From the NCBI GenBank assembly GCA_965644265.1, contig OZ286473.1, positions 31,124,001 through 31,188,000 of the forward strand: a DNA stretch of 64,000 nt, read 5' to 3'. This document shows, piece by piece, positions 13,254 through 23,464 of the stretch. Below the pieces are notes generated by a model. It ran no database searches. It had not been told where the DNA came from and was given only the letters and a program-made list of their open reading frames with translations. Position numbers and translations under genes: made by a program. Each line of letters opens with the position of its first letter. Position 1 is the first letter of the stretch. Source of the DNA: Glycera tridactyla. Taxonomy: Eukaryota.

Positions 13254-14490
13254 GTCCTTGGCATTTCAAACATTTTTGATTGTATCCGGAGTGATACGTG
13301 GGATGTTTCTTGGATGGCGGTGGGTCCTTGGCCGGGGTATGGGCAAATCAATGTGATTGCTATCAGAATGCGGGTCCGATGATGACGAGTGAGTAGATGA
13401 GTCAATGATAATAAGCCGACTAGGTCAGCAACACAACAAAATGAACAATGTGATCATTACTAATATGTATAGTTTTTGCAGCAAAATTATATATGAGGAA
13501 TACTAGGTGTTATATGTATTCCTTATTATATAATACAAGCAGAGATGAACAAAGTTAGACTTTGATTAGACAATGACATTCAATCAAAATAAGCATTTAG
13601 AAAGATATGTGAAACTTAAGTCCATGCTAACAAACATGGGAATATTTGTATTGAAATTTCTCTCTCTGGAGATCTGAGTAACCCAAAAAATGAAATGAAA
13701 TGCAATGCAATGACCCCCCCCCCCCCCATAAGGACTACCTGCACATGAAGACCAGCTTTTGATGCGACAGAAGGCAGTCTTCATAGTCAGGTTCAAAAGT
13801 AGTCGCATAATTTGAACACTTGATACTTCACATGAATCAAATTAGATAAATAGCGAACATACGTAATTATCTGCTCAGTTGCCGGTTGCAAGTGTTGATC
13901 ATGACCTTTATCAAATACAGTACAAGCTGTCACACACTCATAAATACCAACTGCAGAGATATCGATCTGATATCAAAGTGTCTCATACAAGATATTGTAT
14001 CTCATTTCAACAAGCTAACCTTATGGGCCCTTGTTGATCCAGGCCAGGAATTGAAGGATGTGGCCAGAAGAGTGTCCAAGTTCGCGAGGACATTCCCAAT
14101 GGTTCACCCTTTCGAATTCCTGGCCCTTCTTAAATAGTCTATCAGGTGCAAAAGTATCGTTCTGATATTGAGGTGTCTCACACTAGATATTTATATCTCA
14201 TTTCAACAAAAAAAAACTAGTTAATCCCGGCCAGGAAGCGAAAAATGTGGCCAGAAGAGTGTCCAAGTTCGCGAGGACATCCCCAGTGATTCCCCCCACT
14301 TCTGATTCCTGGCCCTTCTCAATTAGTCCATCAGGTTTTCCTATATCATTTTGTTTAACTATGTGACATCTGAGACTCGATGATGAGTGATGGTGATTTA
14401 TCTAGGCTGATGTTTACTTGGTTTACAAAGAGCATCGAGTCTCAATAACATTTTAACATACCCAATCTGGGTGTCACCCGGCGATGTACT

Positions 14491-15540
14491 TCACCTTATG
14501 GTCACCAACAAAGCAGGCATTCTATACCTGGAATCAATATTCAGTACATCATTAGAAGGCACTTCATGCATACATGTCACTTTAAAGATTTTAACACTGG
14601 TGGCTTTTGTTTTGGCCGACTTCATGACAATAAGATGATCCAGAATAGTGCCTACAAAGCAAGTTACTAGCATCTCATATCCAGCATTGTTCAGGTGGAT
14701 CTTGTCATCATCCATGAAACAACGCATAATAAAACCCATACCTACGACGCCGGTTCCCATGCTTAACCTTTTTGTGAAAGCCAGCCAAACTCCCCTCATC
14801 CTGGTACATTTTGCAGTACAACATGCGTGTATGGACAAATCGGACAGTGCCTGGATGGGAAATATTGAACTCAGATCGAATAAAACCATCAATACTAATT
14901 GCAACTTGACGAGTAGCTATCTTCCAATCAGGTCTCCAGATAATAAATGGGTATAGGACAGTTACTCTGGGGAATAATTTCACAATCAGGGTGATTGATT
15001 CATAAATACTTGGATATAAACCATCAAGAAAGTTGCCCTGAATATCCTTAGTTCTACGTTTTTCAATTCGCGGATCACGATGTTGAGCACGTCAGAGTTT
15101 CTGTTTCTCGAAATTGTCAGCATCATTGGAGCCTAACAACATTACGTGAGTAGGTATTATTTGGCTAGCCACAATCTTGCTGTAGGTATTACCACGCTTT
15201 CTCTTTCTTTCCAGCCGAGTGAAAACGCCAACAAATTCTTTGGCAAAGGTTTCCCAGCTTGCTCCGCCAATGTTAAAAAAATGCCAATGTTGCATGTGTT
15301 GTTTTACAAGTTGTGAAGTGAATGTTTTAACACTTGTGCCTGACCGTCTCGCATGGCTGGATCCAATAACTGGAACCACCGGGGGATCCAACTGTTTCAT
15401 CGCCTTTTCAGTATGGAACATTGGGCATCGAAATTCGCCAAAGGAAGCGGACATCCTATCCGCCGCAAGTTGCTCAAGCTCAGTAGCATCAACCTGTAAC
15501 CAAACGTGATACTTTCTGCAACTCCAACAGTATATAGTAT
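14491..15540 (-). pseudogene. LINE-associated SGNH/GDSL-type esterase ORF
   Basis: SGNH blocks in order: VIGSSHARR (I), GG (II), LLGSND (III), DDKIHLN (V, DxxH). Spread over ORF pieces 15092-15454, 14708-14983 and 14491-14904. Confidence 0.8.
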
Positions 15541-15852
15541 GATATCATTAGATTATTCCGAGAGTGTTGTGAGTGATCAAACTGTTGGGTCATCGGGAGG
15601 AGCTACAGGTCATCAATCAGGTTCTGGGGTCAGCTGAGGGTGTATGCATCAGTAGGTCATGACCAGTCATGCGTGAATGGAAATTGGGGTCAAGTTCGCT
15701 TCGGTCTGTGACCAGGAAACATATCGATAATTCAGTTATTCAGAATAACAATTAAACTAAGTTATGCACATACCTGATTCTCACTCTCTCGAGAGTTTAT
15801 ATCACTGTAGACATAGGGTGTCTGCATTATTATGAACTATCAGTTATGCGAC

Positions 15853-18280
15853 TCAAAATGCATTTGACAGCTCAAGCGATGCCGATTCCAATCGTGATTT
15901 CGAACGGTGTGCCAGGAGCGAACTAATGGGGTCAGTGAAAGCGCCCTCATTCAGATCCGCGCTCGCATTACGAACTAGTCTTGTTTGACCACCTCCACCA
16001 GTCGCTATACCTAATTTGTGGGATTCACTTTCTTCATCTTCAGAGCGTGTTTGATATGTGTTCAACCATTTCCGAGAAAGTTCCTTTTCTTTCTTATTAC
16101 TCCCAACCGACTTTTCGATTTTGTCGTTTTTCTCAACATCTCTGATCAGATCTGTCTCATTTTCTTTGTTAGTTGGTCTATCTTTAGGGCCCTGGTTTTT
16201 GCTTACTCTTGGCCTATCCATTTGGGGTGCAGTTTCAGACAAAATCGGTGGACGGCTTGACACATGAGTGATTTATTATGAGCACTAAGATTTAGTCTTG
16301 GTGCAAATACAGGAGGTACACGCCTCTTGGTGGAATCTGTCGGATCGCTCATGGATTCAGATATGTTTAACGGGGTGGGAAATTGGGCTTCTCGTGATTT
16401 TTGTTCATTTGGCAGTTTTTGTTTTATGTTTTCAGATTTACAAACTTCGTCTAGTCTCTTGATGGAAAAGATTGAAATTTTATCTAGATTTTCATTTTTA
16501 GACGCAAAAACTCTACCATCTTTGTCCAAACACTGCACAATTTACCATCCCTCCTTCCTTGCTTGGCTTTCTGGAAAATTTCACCTTCCCTGTAGGTCAA
16601 TTGTTCCCTGAAATTTTTTTGGGAGTTCTTGGTGTTCACCTTTTTTACAAACATATCTTTGCGTACATTACCATGTATGAATCGAACCTTTACAGGACAG
16701 GGTTTGTCATCGCCACCTGGTGGTCCGAAGCGTGCCACCTGTACTTTTTCACTCTAGGATATACCTAAACCAGTCCGGTCGTTGATAACCTCGATCACCT
16801 GGTCGATCAGTGTGGCATCCTTGTGGAAGGGCAAGCCGTCAATCACTATTGTATTAAGCCGATCATTCTTCTCTAGCGAGTCTATTTTTACCTCTCCTTT
16901 TGACACTCTTATGTCCATGGTGTCAACTCTTTCTCCATAGGTATCCACTTTTTTATCGATTCTATTGACTGCATGGGCAAGCTTCGCAATAGAGTCAATT
17001 AAGTCCTTTGTGACACTGCCGGTATTTCTTGACTCGAGTTCTTCATTTATTTTCTCAACCAAGCCATTAAGCCTTATGTCAGATGCTTTCAGCTTGTAAC
17101 TGGCCGTATTGTTCATCTTGTGCTCTCACTAATGTATCAACTGATTCATCAACGTAGTGTTCCACAACCTCTTGCCAGTCATTTTTAAACCCAGCGATTT
17201 CTTTCGTGACCTATGTTGGAATCTCTCCTTCCATGTAGTTTTTGCACGTGGTTTTCACCGCGGTGTCAAGTACCTCATCCACACTTGCAAGCTTGCAATC
17301 TAATGCATCTTGTATTTGTATAGATTCAGTCTGTATCATGGATGGCACCTGATCATCGACATATTTTTTGCAGACATTGATGGCAATAGCCTCCACATCA
17401 ACCTCAGACACCTTCAATGTAGGAGTTTCACTTTCAATGTATGATCTTACTATGCTCCTTAGCATATATTGAAAGCGAGACGCAGCCATGATTTTCACGA
17501 GTTCACTGAATACTAATTTGCTTAGTCCAGGTATTTCGCCACCACAATCAGCATATATTGAAAGCGAGACGCAGCCATGATTTTCACGAGTTCACTGAAT
17601 ACTAATTTGCTTAGTCCAGGTATTTCGCCACCACAAGCCATGTCATCAGAATCATGACTGTGTGATCTTTCTATTTCATCATTTGTTGGCTTTGTAGTAC
17701 ACTGTGACAGTTTATGTGTTGGATCTATTTCAGAAGTTGCCGGCTTATTATCTACCTGAGTTGATGTATATGTCGGACTGCGCAATGACATATCATCGAC
17801 ATAATCCTGCAGCTTGTCAGTATGATCAGCGAGGCATGACAAGCTTGTTATACGTGACATACTCTTTTCACTATCAGCCAGGGGGTTTATAGTAAGTAAT
17901 GCGGATTCACTACCCGTGTGTGTCGAAGGTACCTGTGAAAGCCTATGGTCCTCACTAGCAATATTGTCAGGAAACAGGTCATGTTGCACCGGTTCACTGC
18001 TCTTCACGGCAATAGTTTGTACTTGGCTGGAGGGACCACCTCCGGATTCGCGTTGTGAGTGGGTCATATCCAACAGATTTGATGAGAAAGAGTCACCAAC
18101 ACAGATAGAGCTACAATCGTGTGATTTATCAGTCAATTCATTGGGAATGTCAGATATATCGGGAATGGAGTTTTTTGAGCTGTTTAAAGTGTTATTCGCA
18201 TTACCTGAGCATGGCAATGGAGGGGGATCAGATTGGTGTTTACTTGCCACTGGTGTCTGTGGTCTCTCTTTGTCGGCCAT
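15853..18280 (-). pseudogene. LINE ORF1: disordered N-terminus, coiled coil, L1-type RRM/CTD, disordered tail
   Basis: MADKERPQ start; heptad-like segment then DRLNTIVIDGLP, CPVKVRF, FREQLT, SVWTK, typical of L1-like (type II) ORF1. Broken by an 89-bp duplication (17461-17636), a stop at 17211 and frameshifts. Confidence 0.75.
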
Positions 18281-18370
18281 CTTGGATCTGTCCCGTTCAA
18301 ATCTTCTGGGTAGTCCACATACCAAAAATTGGCAGTGTAGCATCAACACAGTGGACACAGCGCGTTCCAC

Positions 18371-18474
18371 ACACAAAAAATTACGGACAGACGGACAGAT
18401 GGACAGACGGACAGATGGACAGACGGACGGACAGTATGCCCCCCCCCCCCACCTTTGGTTGGGGGGCATACAAA
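18371..18474 (+). mobile_element. HINE 3' end: (GGAC/AGAC)n microsatellite, terminal hairpin, A-tail
   Basis: ACGGACAGACGGAC.. then GTATGCCCCCC..GGGGGGCATAC hairpin and AAA. Confidence 0.7.
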
Positions 18475-19380
18475 GAGAGACGTTATCTGATATGTTGTAT
18501 AAGACCTTAGCTGAGACGAGATACAGTCCAACCTGTTCGAGAGGCCACCCATATATCAAATTTCACCTGCTTCCGAAGGGAAATGTTGGTAATGAACATG
18601 ATTCAAACTCCGACCTAATAACGTATCCGTATATTGGTCGATTGCCTGCTTTCTGCTACCCGTCCCCGCCACGCTGGTGGAACAATACATGAGCAGGCAG
18701 CCTGAACACTGGGCAGCGAATTGGCGAAATCGCTGATTTTGAACAAACTTTGCATCATATTTCCTCTCATATGGTCATGAAAAATAGTTGTATTGACACA
18801 TTCCATCCAGGATTCCATTTAGAACTATATTTGAGGATGCGAAACCAGCGTGAAATCGAAAAATTTGGCGTTCTGAGGTGAAATATACAAGGGAACAAAG
18901 TACCCGCGCCGATTGAACTTGACAGACTTCGGTATACAAAGAAAGTGGACATATATGTCAAAATATGGAAGGCTGGTCACACTTGATATATTCCGGTCAA
19001 TAGAGTGTAGGTATGATTAGGCTGTCATAAGTTAAGATGTACAAAAACGCATCTAAAGAAACCAAGTAAGACGGTAGATTTGATGAGTTTACCCATGGAA
19101 TACCTCAGTCGCTGAGTACATAATGATACCTATCAGGAGAAAATTAGGCTTCTTTGAGCAATTAGCTAATGGATTTCTGCATAATGAGAAAGCAGTTCGA
19201 ATTCACATGATTATCACCGGGACAGAAAATATCATAACTAGTTTTTTTTGAAAGACGCCGAATTATTACTACGTAGACACCTTAACATCAAAAAAAGGTC
19301 TACATATCGGTAAGCTAGAAAATACAAAGATCTGTGTAATGCTGCAGGTCAGGTATGCGATGGTGAGCCTTGTCCATTTT

Positions 19381-19420
19381 GGTCACCCATCCGAGTAGGA
19401 GCCCAGCTCAGTGTTGTGAA
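19381..19420 (-). other. Possible 5S rRNA-derived fragment (SINE3 head or 5S pseudogene piece)
   Basis: GGTCACCCATCCGAGTA matches 15/17 of the antisense of the metazoan 5S box-C region (GGTCTCCCATCCAAGTA, from recall); the rest is poorly conserved. Confidence 0.3.
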
Positions 19421-19837
19421 CAAGGGCTTTTAGTTGAGAACCGGAGTGTCTGCACCTAACTATGCGAGACACAACAGAACAGAGATCCGCTATGGCGGGA
19501 AGACAAAAATGAGCTTGATATACGTGATAAAAATTGACAATATTGAGTCCACTCGGTAATACAGATACTGGTCCATTGCGCAGTTCCACTTTTTAAGTAT
19601 AAGTTGATGTCGTTCATTTCTGGCGAGGAAGCTCCCTCTAGTTACAAATCAACACAATAGTCCGTATTGTGTTCGTTTCCGTTGGATGATCACGATTCAT
19701 TGCTCACATTCGCTCACCAGAGTGTACGTGCAGATTTGATGAACAGCGCCACGTACATCTGAATACCGCTCACCAGATGGAGTTCTTCACCCGAATTGCA
19801 TGATGTCCGGCCATTGTTTCTGCCACTACGGGATTTT

Positions 19838-19989
19838 AACAAGAACCAATGAGCATGGGCGATCGGCACAATCTCCAACGAGGCAGCCGGCGGCGGCGTC
19901 CGTCACGACGCCGCAGGCCGAGTGACGGACGCCGGCGGCGGCTGCCGAGTTGGAGATGTGCCGATCGCCCATGCTCATTGGTTCTTGTT
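19838..19989. mobile_element. Near-perfect ~150-bp palindromic element (Eulor/Crypton-like non-autonomous)
   Basis: ~69-bp arms; loop GACGCCGCAGGCCGA. Confidence 0.6.
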
Positions 19990-20289
19990 TTTCTCCAACG
20001 ACTTGTATAATGGAAATGAACAGCCCAGACATCGATAACAGTATTATTGAACTGAATTGCAGAATCTATGAACATGTAGACCGACCAAATGGTCTCTGTT
20101 TCAGGGTCGTAAACACTCACGAATCATTATATATGGGTGACATTTTCGTCTTTTTTGTTCAAGCAAATGACAATGGCATGAGTTCTAAAGAAAGAAAATT
20201 ATATTTACTGATTTTTCATCACATTTATTTATCCATATTCCCCATATTCTCGACATAAACGGTATAATTGTGTGAAACGTCTGCACATA

Positions 20290-20574
20290 CGAATAATTGA
20301 CGCGCCACCCAGCGGCGACGCTGGAAACTAGGCTCGCGTCACGGTAAGCCTTGCTTCAATCAGCGTGGGAGATCGGCACATTCTCTCACGACCTATGCCA
20401 TTTTGAGGTTGTGATAGGGGGGTGTGTGATCACCGTGATCACACCCCGGTGAAAGTGATCACACCCACCCGACTCGGCTATTTCCGCGCCCATGCCGAAC
20501 ATTGCCGACGCCGTTCATGACGCGCGTCGGAGTTCGCCGAGGCCGTCTCTCCACAGAGTAGATACGAACTCTGT

Positions 20575-20578
<4 letters not shown>
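20290..20578. other. CpG-rich structured segment with GTGATCAC triplet and terminal hairpin
   Basis: GTGATCAC at 20426, 20435 and 20455; hairpin CCACAGAGT..ACTCTGTGG just before a (CT)n tract. Confidence 0.4.

Positions 20579-20620
<42 letters not shown>
20577..20620. repeat. (CT)n microsatellite
   Basis: Direct observation; a second tract at 21043-21091. Confidence 0.95.
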
Positions 20621-20625
<5 letters not shown>

Positions 20626-20815
20626 AAATCACTTCAACCATGCGCGCTTACAAACACACACACACACATGCAGTTATATGAGATAGACTATAAATATGCA
20701 GAGAGACAGACAGGGCGGCGAACCTGTGACAGTGACGCAGTGCGGGAGATGGGGGATTTTGTTTGTTTACCTTTGCAAGCCGTACGTTAACAGCGTCGGC
20801 TGATCCGGGTTCGTT

Positions 20816-21015
20816 CACAGGCGCTCGGAGTCCAGAAGATCGGCGTCGTGCATGTGATAGGTATATAAAGGCAAGTAAGCCGCTGTCGTGCTCTCAGGAC
20901 GTAGGTCTATATTTTCAAAATCTCCGTGGAGCTGTCAGATTTCGTGCGTGCAGCATTCGGACCTTCCTATTGCACGCACGACACCGATTTTCTGGACTGA
21001 CTCTGAGCGCCTGTG
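20816..21015. mobile_element. Foldback element with ~46-50-bp inverted arms and ~100-bp loop
   Basis: CACAGGCGCTCGGAGTCCAGAAGATCGGCGTCGTGCATGTGATAGG pairs with CCTATTGCACGCACGACACCGATTTTCTGGACTGACTCTGAGCGCCTGTG. Confidence 0.6.
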
Positions 21016-21039
21016 GGTTCATTGTTGTCTGTCGTCACC

Positions 21040-21095
<56 letters not shown>

Positions 21096-21123
21096 AATAA
21101 TATTGATAAAGTCGTGAGAGAAA

Positions 21124-21282
21124 AGTAAGAAGTACCTGCCAGGCGTGATCGGCTTGTTTTTCCCAACGAGGTGCGACGACGCCTGCCCGCAGTCCCTCGG
21201 CCTGCGGCCTCGGGACTGCGGGCAGGCGTCGTCGCACCTCGTTGGGAAAAACGCCGATCACGCCTGGCAGGTACTTCTTACT
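21124..21282. mobile_element. Near-perfect ~160-bp palindromic element (Eulor/Crypton-like non-autonomous)
   Basis: ~72-bp arms with only a 2-nt bulge; loop TCGGCCTGCGGCCTC. Confidence 0.65.
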
Positions 21283-21374
21283 ATAATCTCCAACCCTCGA
21301 TCTCCACCCGATTCTGGCGGTTGTCGTTGGAGAATGGGCGATCCACCACATACGGGTAATAGAGTGGGGAAAGA

Positions 21375-21610
21375 GTTATGTATGCCGTGTGTTCCTGATT
21401 AATGAAACAGAGATGTTCTCTCCCCGTAGACATCACTCTCATAAACCCTGAACACAAGATGACAAGAAACCTGAAAGGATGTTAAGTGGGAGTAGCTGAC
21501 AGTTCAGACACACCTCAGACTACACGAGATGTACATAATGGACCTGACAATGGCATATCTAACGACGTAGCTGGCTGGAAGCTAACACTCGGGCCTAACA
21601 GCAATGCTTT
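21375..21610 (-). mobile_element. SINE-like family copy 1
   Basis: Shared core ATGCC..GTGTTCCTG..GATGTTCTCT..CAAACCCTGAACACAAGATGA. Other copies end in (AAAC)n on the minus strand. Confidence 0.6.
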
Positions 21611-22117
21611 GCCGAAAATACTGTCACAGGGGTGAATCAAAAAAGCTATTTTGATGATGCTATGAGAGGGAGATTGAGATCAGTTTTGGACATGATTTGC
21701 GATCCCGCCGATGCGTTGCGCAGTGTCGTGTCGTGTCCATTGCATGTCCCACTCTAGACCCACCCCGGACAAGTGAGAAGGGGAAGCGGAAATGAAGCTA
21801 TCGAGTATGATTGAGCATGCGCTCGCGTATGAGAATGAGCGAATGAATACGCATGTCCCGAGTGGACTGGGATCGCGGAGGTCAATGACCTCTCTTTATG
21901 CGCTATTGACAACATGGCTGCGCTGGATTACTCAAGCGTGAATCACCGGACCCGAGACGACCCCCAGCCATACGCTCATGCCAAGCTTGCCCCTTGCACC
22001 TTGCCCCATCAATATGGCGGCTGTGCACTTGTAGGGTTCATATGTGGAAAGAAGTTGATCACTTAGTAGGTTTGTTTGTTTCCCGATCGAACAATTGTTT
22101 GATTGGTTGGTTTTCAT

Positions 22118-22273
22118 CGATTGATTGATTGATTGATTGATTGGTTGGTTGGTTGGTTGAATGATTGATTGGTTGGTTGGTTGGTTGATGGGATGACTGG
22201 CTGGCTGGCTAGTTAGCGGCTGGCTGACTGACTGACCTCCTGGTTGACTCGGCTAGAAGGCTGACTGACTGGT

Positions 22274-22309
<36 letters not shown>

Positions 22310-22310
22310 C
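22118..22310. repeat. (GATT)n/(GGTT)n/(GACT)n microsatellites
   Basis: Direct observation. Confidence 0.9.
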
Positions 22311-22419
22311 GATTTTCCGAGCTGGTCTCAATCCACGAGTTGATCGACGCTGTTCTTTATTGATCTGATGTTGTGTTTCCCTCAAGCACTAATACATGTA
22401 TCACGGACTCTGAAAAGAA

Positions 22420-22640
22420 TGGTTTGGTTGATAGGTCGGGGTTGAATGACATGTATTAACCCAGAGGGTAATGTATGCTGTGTGCTCCTGGTCACTCCCC
22501 TGCAGGCATACCCCTGACAAACCCTGAACACAAGATGATGTGGAACCTGAAATGTGGAAGTAATTCAAAGTTCAGACACACCTCCACGAATCCCACATAA
22601 ACCTATTGAATCAAATGATGATATAGCCAACCACTGATCC
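22420..22640 (-). mobile_element. SINE-like family copy 2
   Basis: Same core: ACAAACCCTGAACACAAGATGATG..AGTTCAGACACACCTC. Confidence 0.6.
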
Positions 22641-22734
22641 ATGAGAACGGATGTTCTATCCCCCTCAAAGTACTATCATAACCAACCTTGGATAGATGAT
22701 TGGTTGTCAGGTGGATTGTCTGTTCGATCACACA

Positions 22735-22817
22735 TGGACCCCTCTACAAAGGCCACCTCTTTACGAAGGCCACCGATGCGAGCGAGGACGGTTTTTTCGT
22801 AGACAGGTTTGACTGTA
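22735..22817. mobile_element. Right half of TA-flanked Tc1/mariner-type MITE
   Basis: AAAGGCCACCTCT repeats and terminus CAGGTTTGACTG-TA. Confidence 0.55.
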
Positions 22818-22836
22818 TTTCAGTTTTATCTGTTCA

Positions 22837-23188
22837 CAGGGTTCACTCCATAGATCAGTGCATTAGCAATAGCCAATCACTTGAGTTAAAATGCTGAAGC
22901 AAAATTTGATTCGCTAAAATGATTTGCTGAAATTATTTTCAGTCCTGATGGCAGGAAGGTGGTGGTCCAAGTATAGTGTGGATGATTTTCTCCTATTTTA
23001 GTTTGTTATGGTGAGAGAAATACTTGAGATTTTGTTTTGGCATAAGAATGCCAATAATTTCCCATGTTGGTGAACTGCTTCAATGGAATGCTTTCTGACT
23101 CCAACCTAGTGATTTCTGAATTGCTAAAACTATTATCATTTTGATAAAATCATTTACTGAAAGGTTTTTCTTTCTAGAGGATATTCAG
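22837..23188. mobile_element. Diverged second copy of the 6788-7140 MITE
   Basis: Colinear similarity, e.g. TCCTGATGGCAG.AA.GTGGTGGT, GAGAATGCCAATAATTTCC, TGAAAGGTTTTTC; TIRs decayed. Confidence 0.7.
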
Positions 23189-23464
23189 GTTTATTACATA
23201 TTGATCTGACCGCACTGAATAGATCCGAGCGTGACATAGAAAAATGCTCGCCGGATATGAGTTGTTATTTCCATCTGTGGATGGTGGGGCGCGTCATCGA
23301 TGGCAGATGTGTTATCACGCACTCTAAACTATCGGAATCAGTTCAATCAAAAAATGGTGATAAATGGTTTCCCCATATATTGGACAAACATTATGGATGC
23401 GGTGAGTGGGCGATGGAAGCTATGATAGCGAGGGTGGGGTTGACTGTGGACAAGTCCGCCAAAA

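Larger units (their letters stand above)
9903..18370 (-). mobile_element. Near full-length CR1-group (CR1/L2/Crack-like) non-LTR retrotransposon with three ORFs, inactivated
   Basis: Minus strand 5' to 3': ORF1 (ATG in AAGATGGCCGAC at 18280), SGNH ORF, spacer, APE-RT ORF2, 3'UTR with AATAAA, and (AAAAAC)n tail at ~9903-9930. Confidence 0.9.

Noticed and set aside
14040-14130. HDV-like ribozyme in the LINE spacer (GGCCAGG, TCCTCGC)
   Set aside because: Cannot build the nested double pseudoknot: P3 and P1 are not adjacent and there is no P1.1 GG. Kept only as a structured motif.
14371-14444. Box C/D snoRNA (TGATGA, CTGA, terminal stem)
   Set aside because: The CTGA is not next to the 3' stem, and the locus is inside a LINE on the opposite strand.
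11667-18692. Plus-strand ORFs 11667-12176 and 17916-18692
   Set aside because: Antisense shadows of LINE ORF2 and ORF1.
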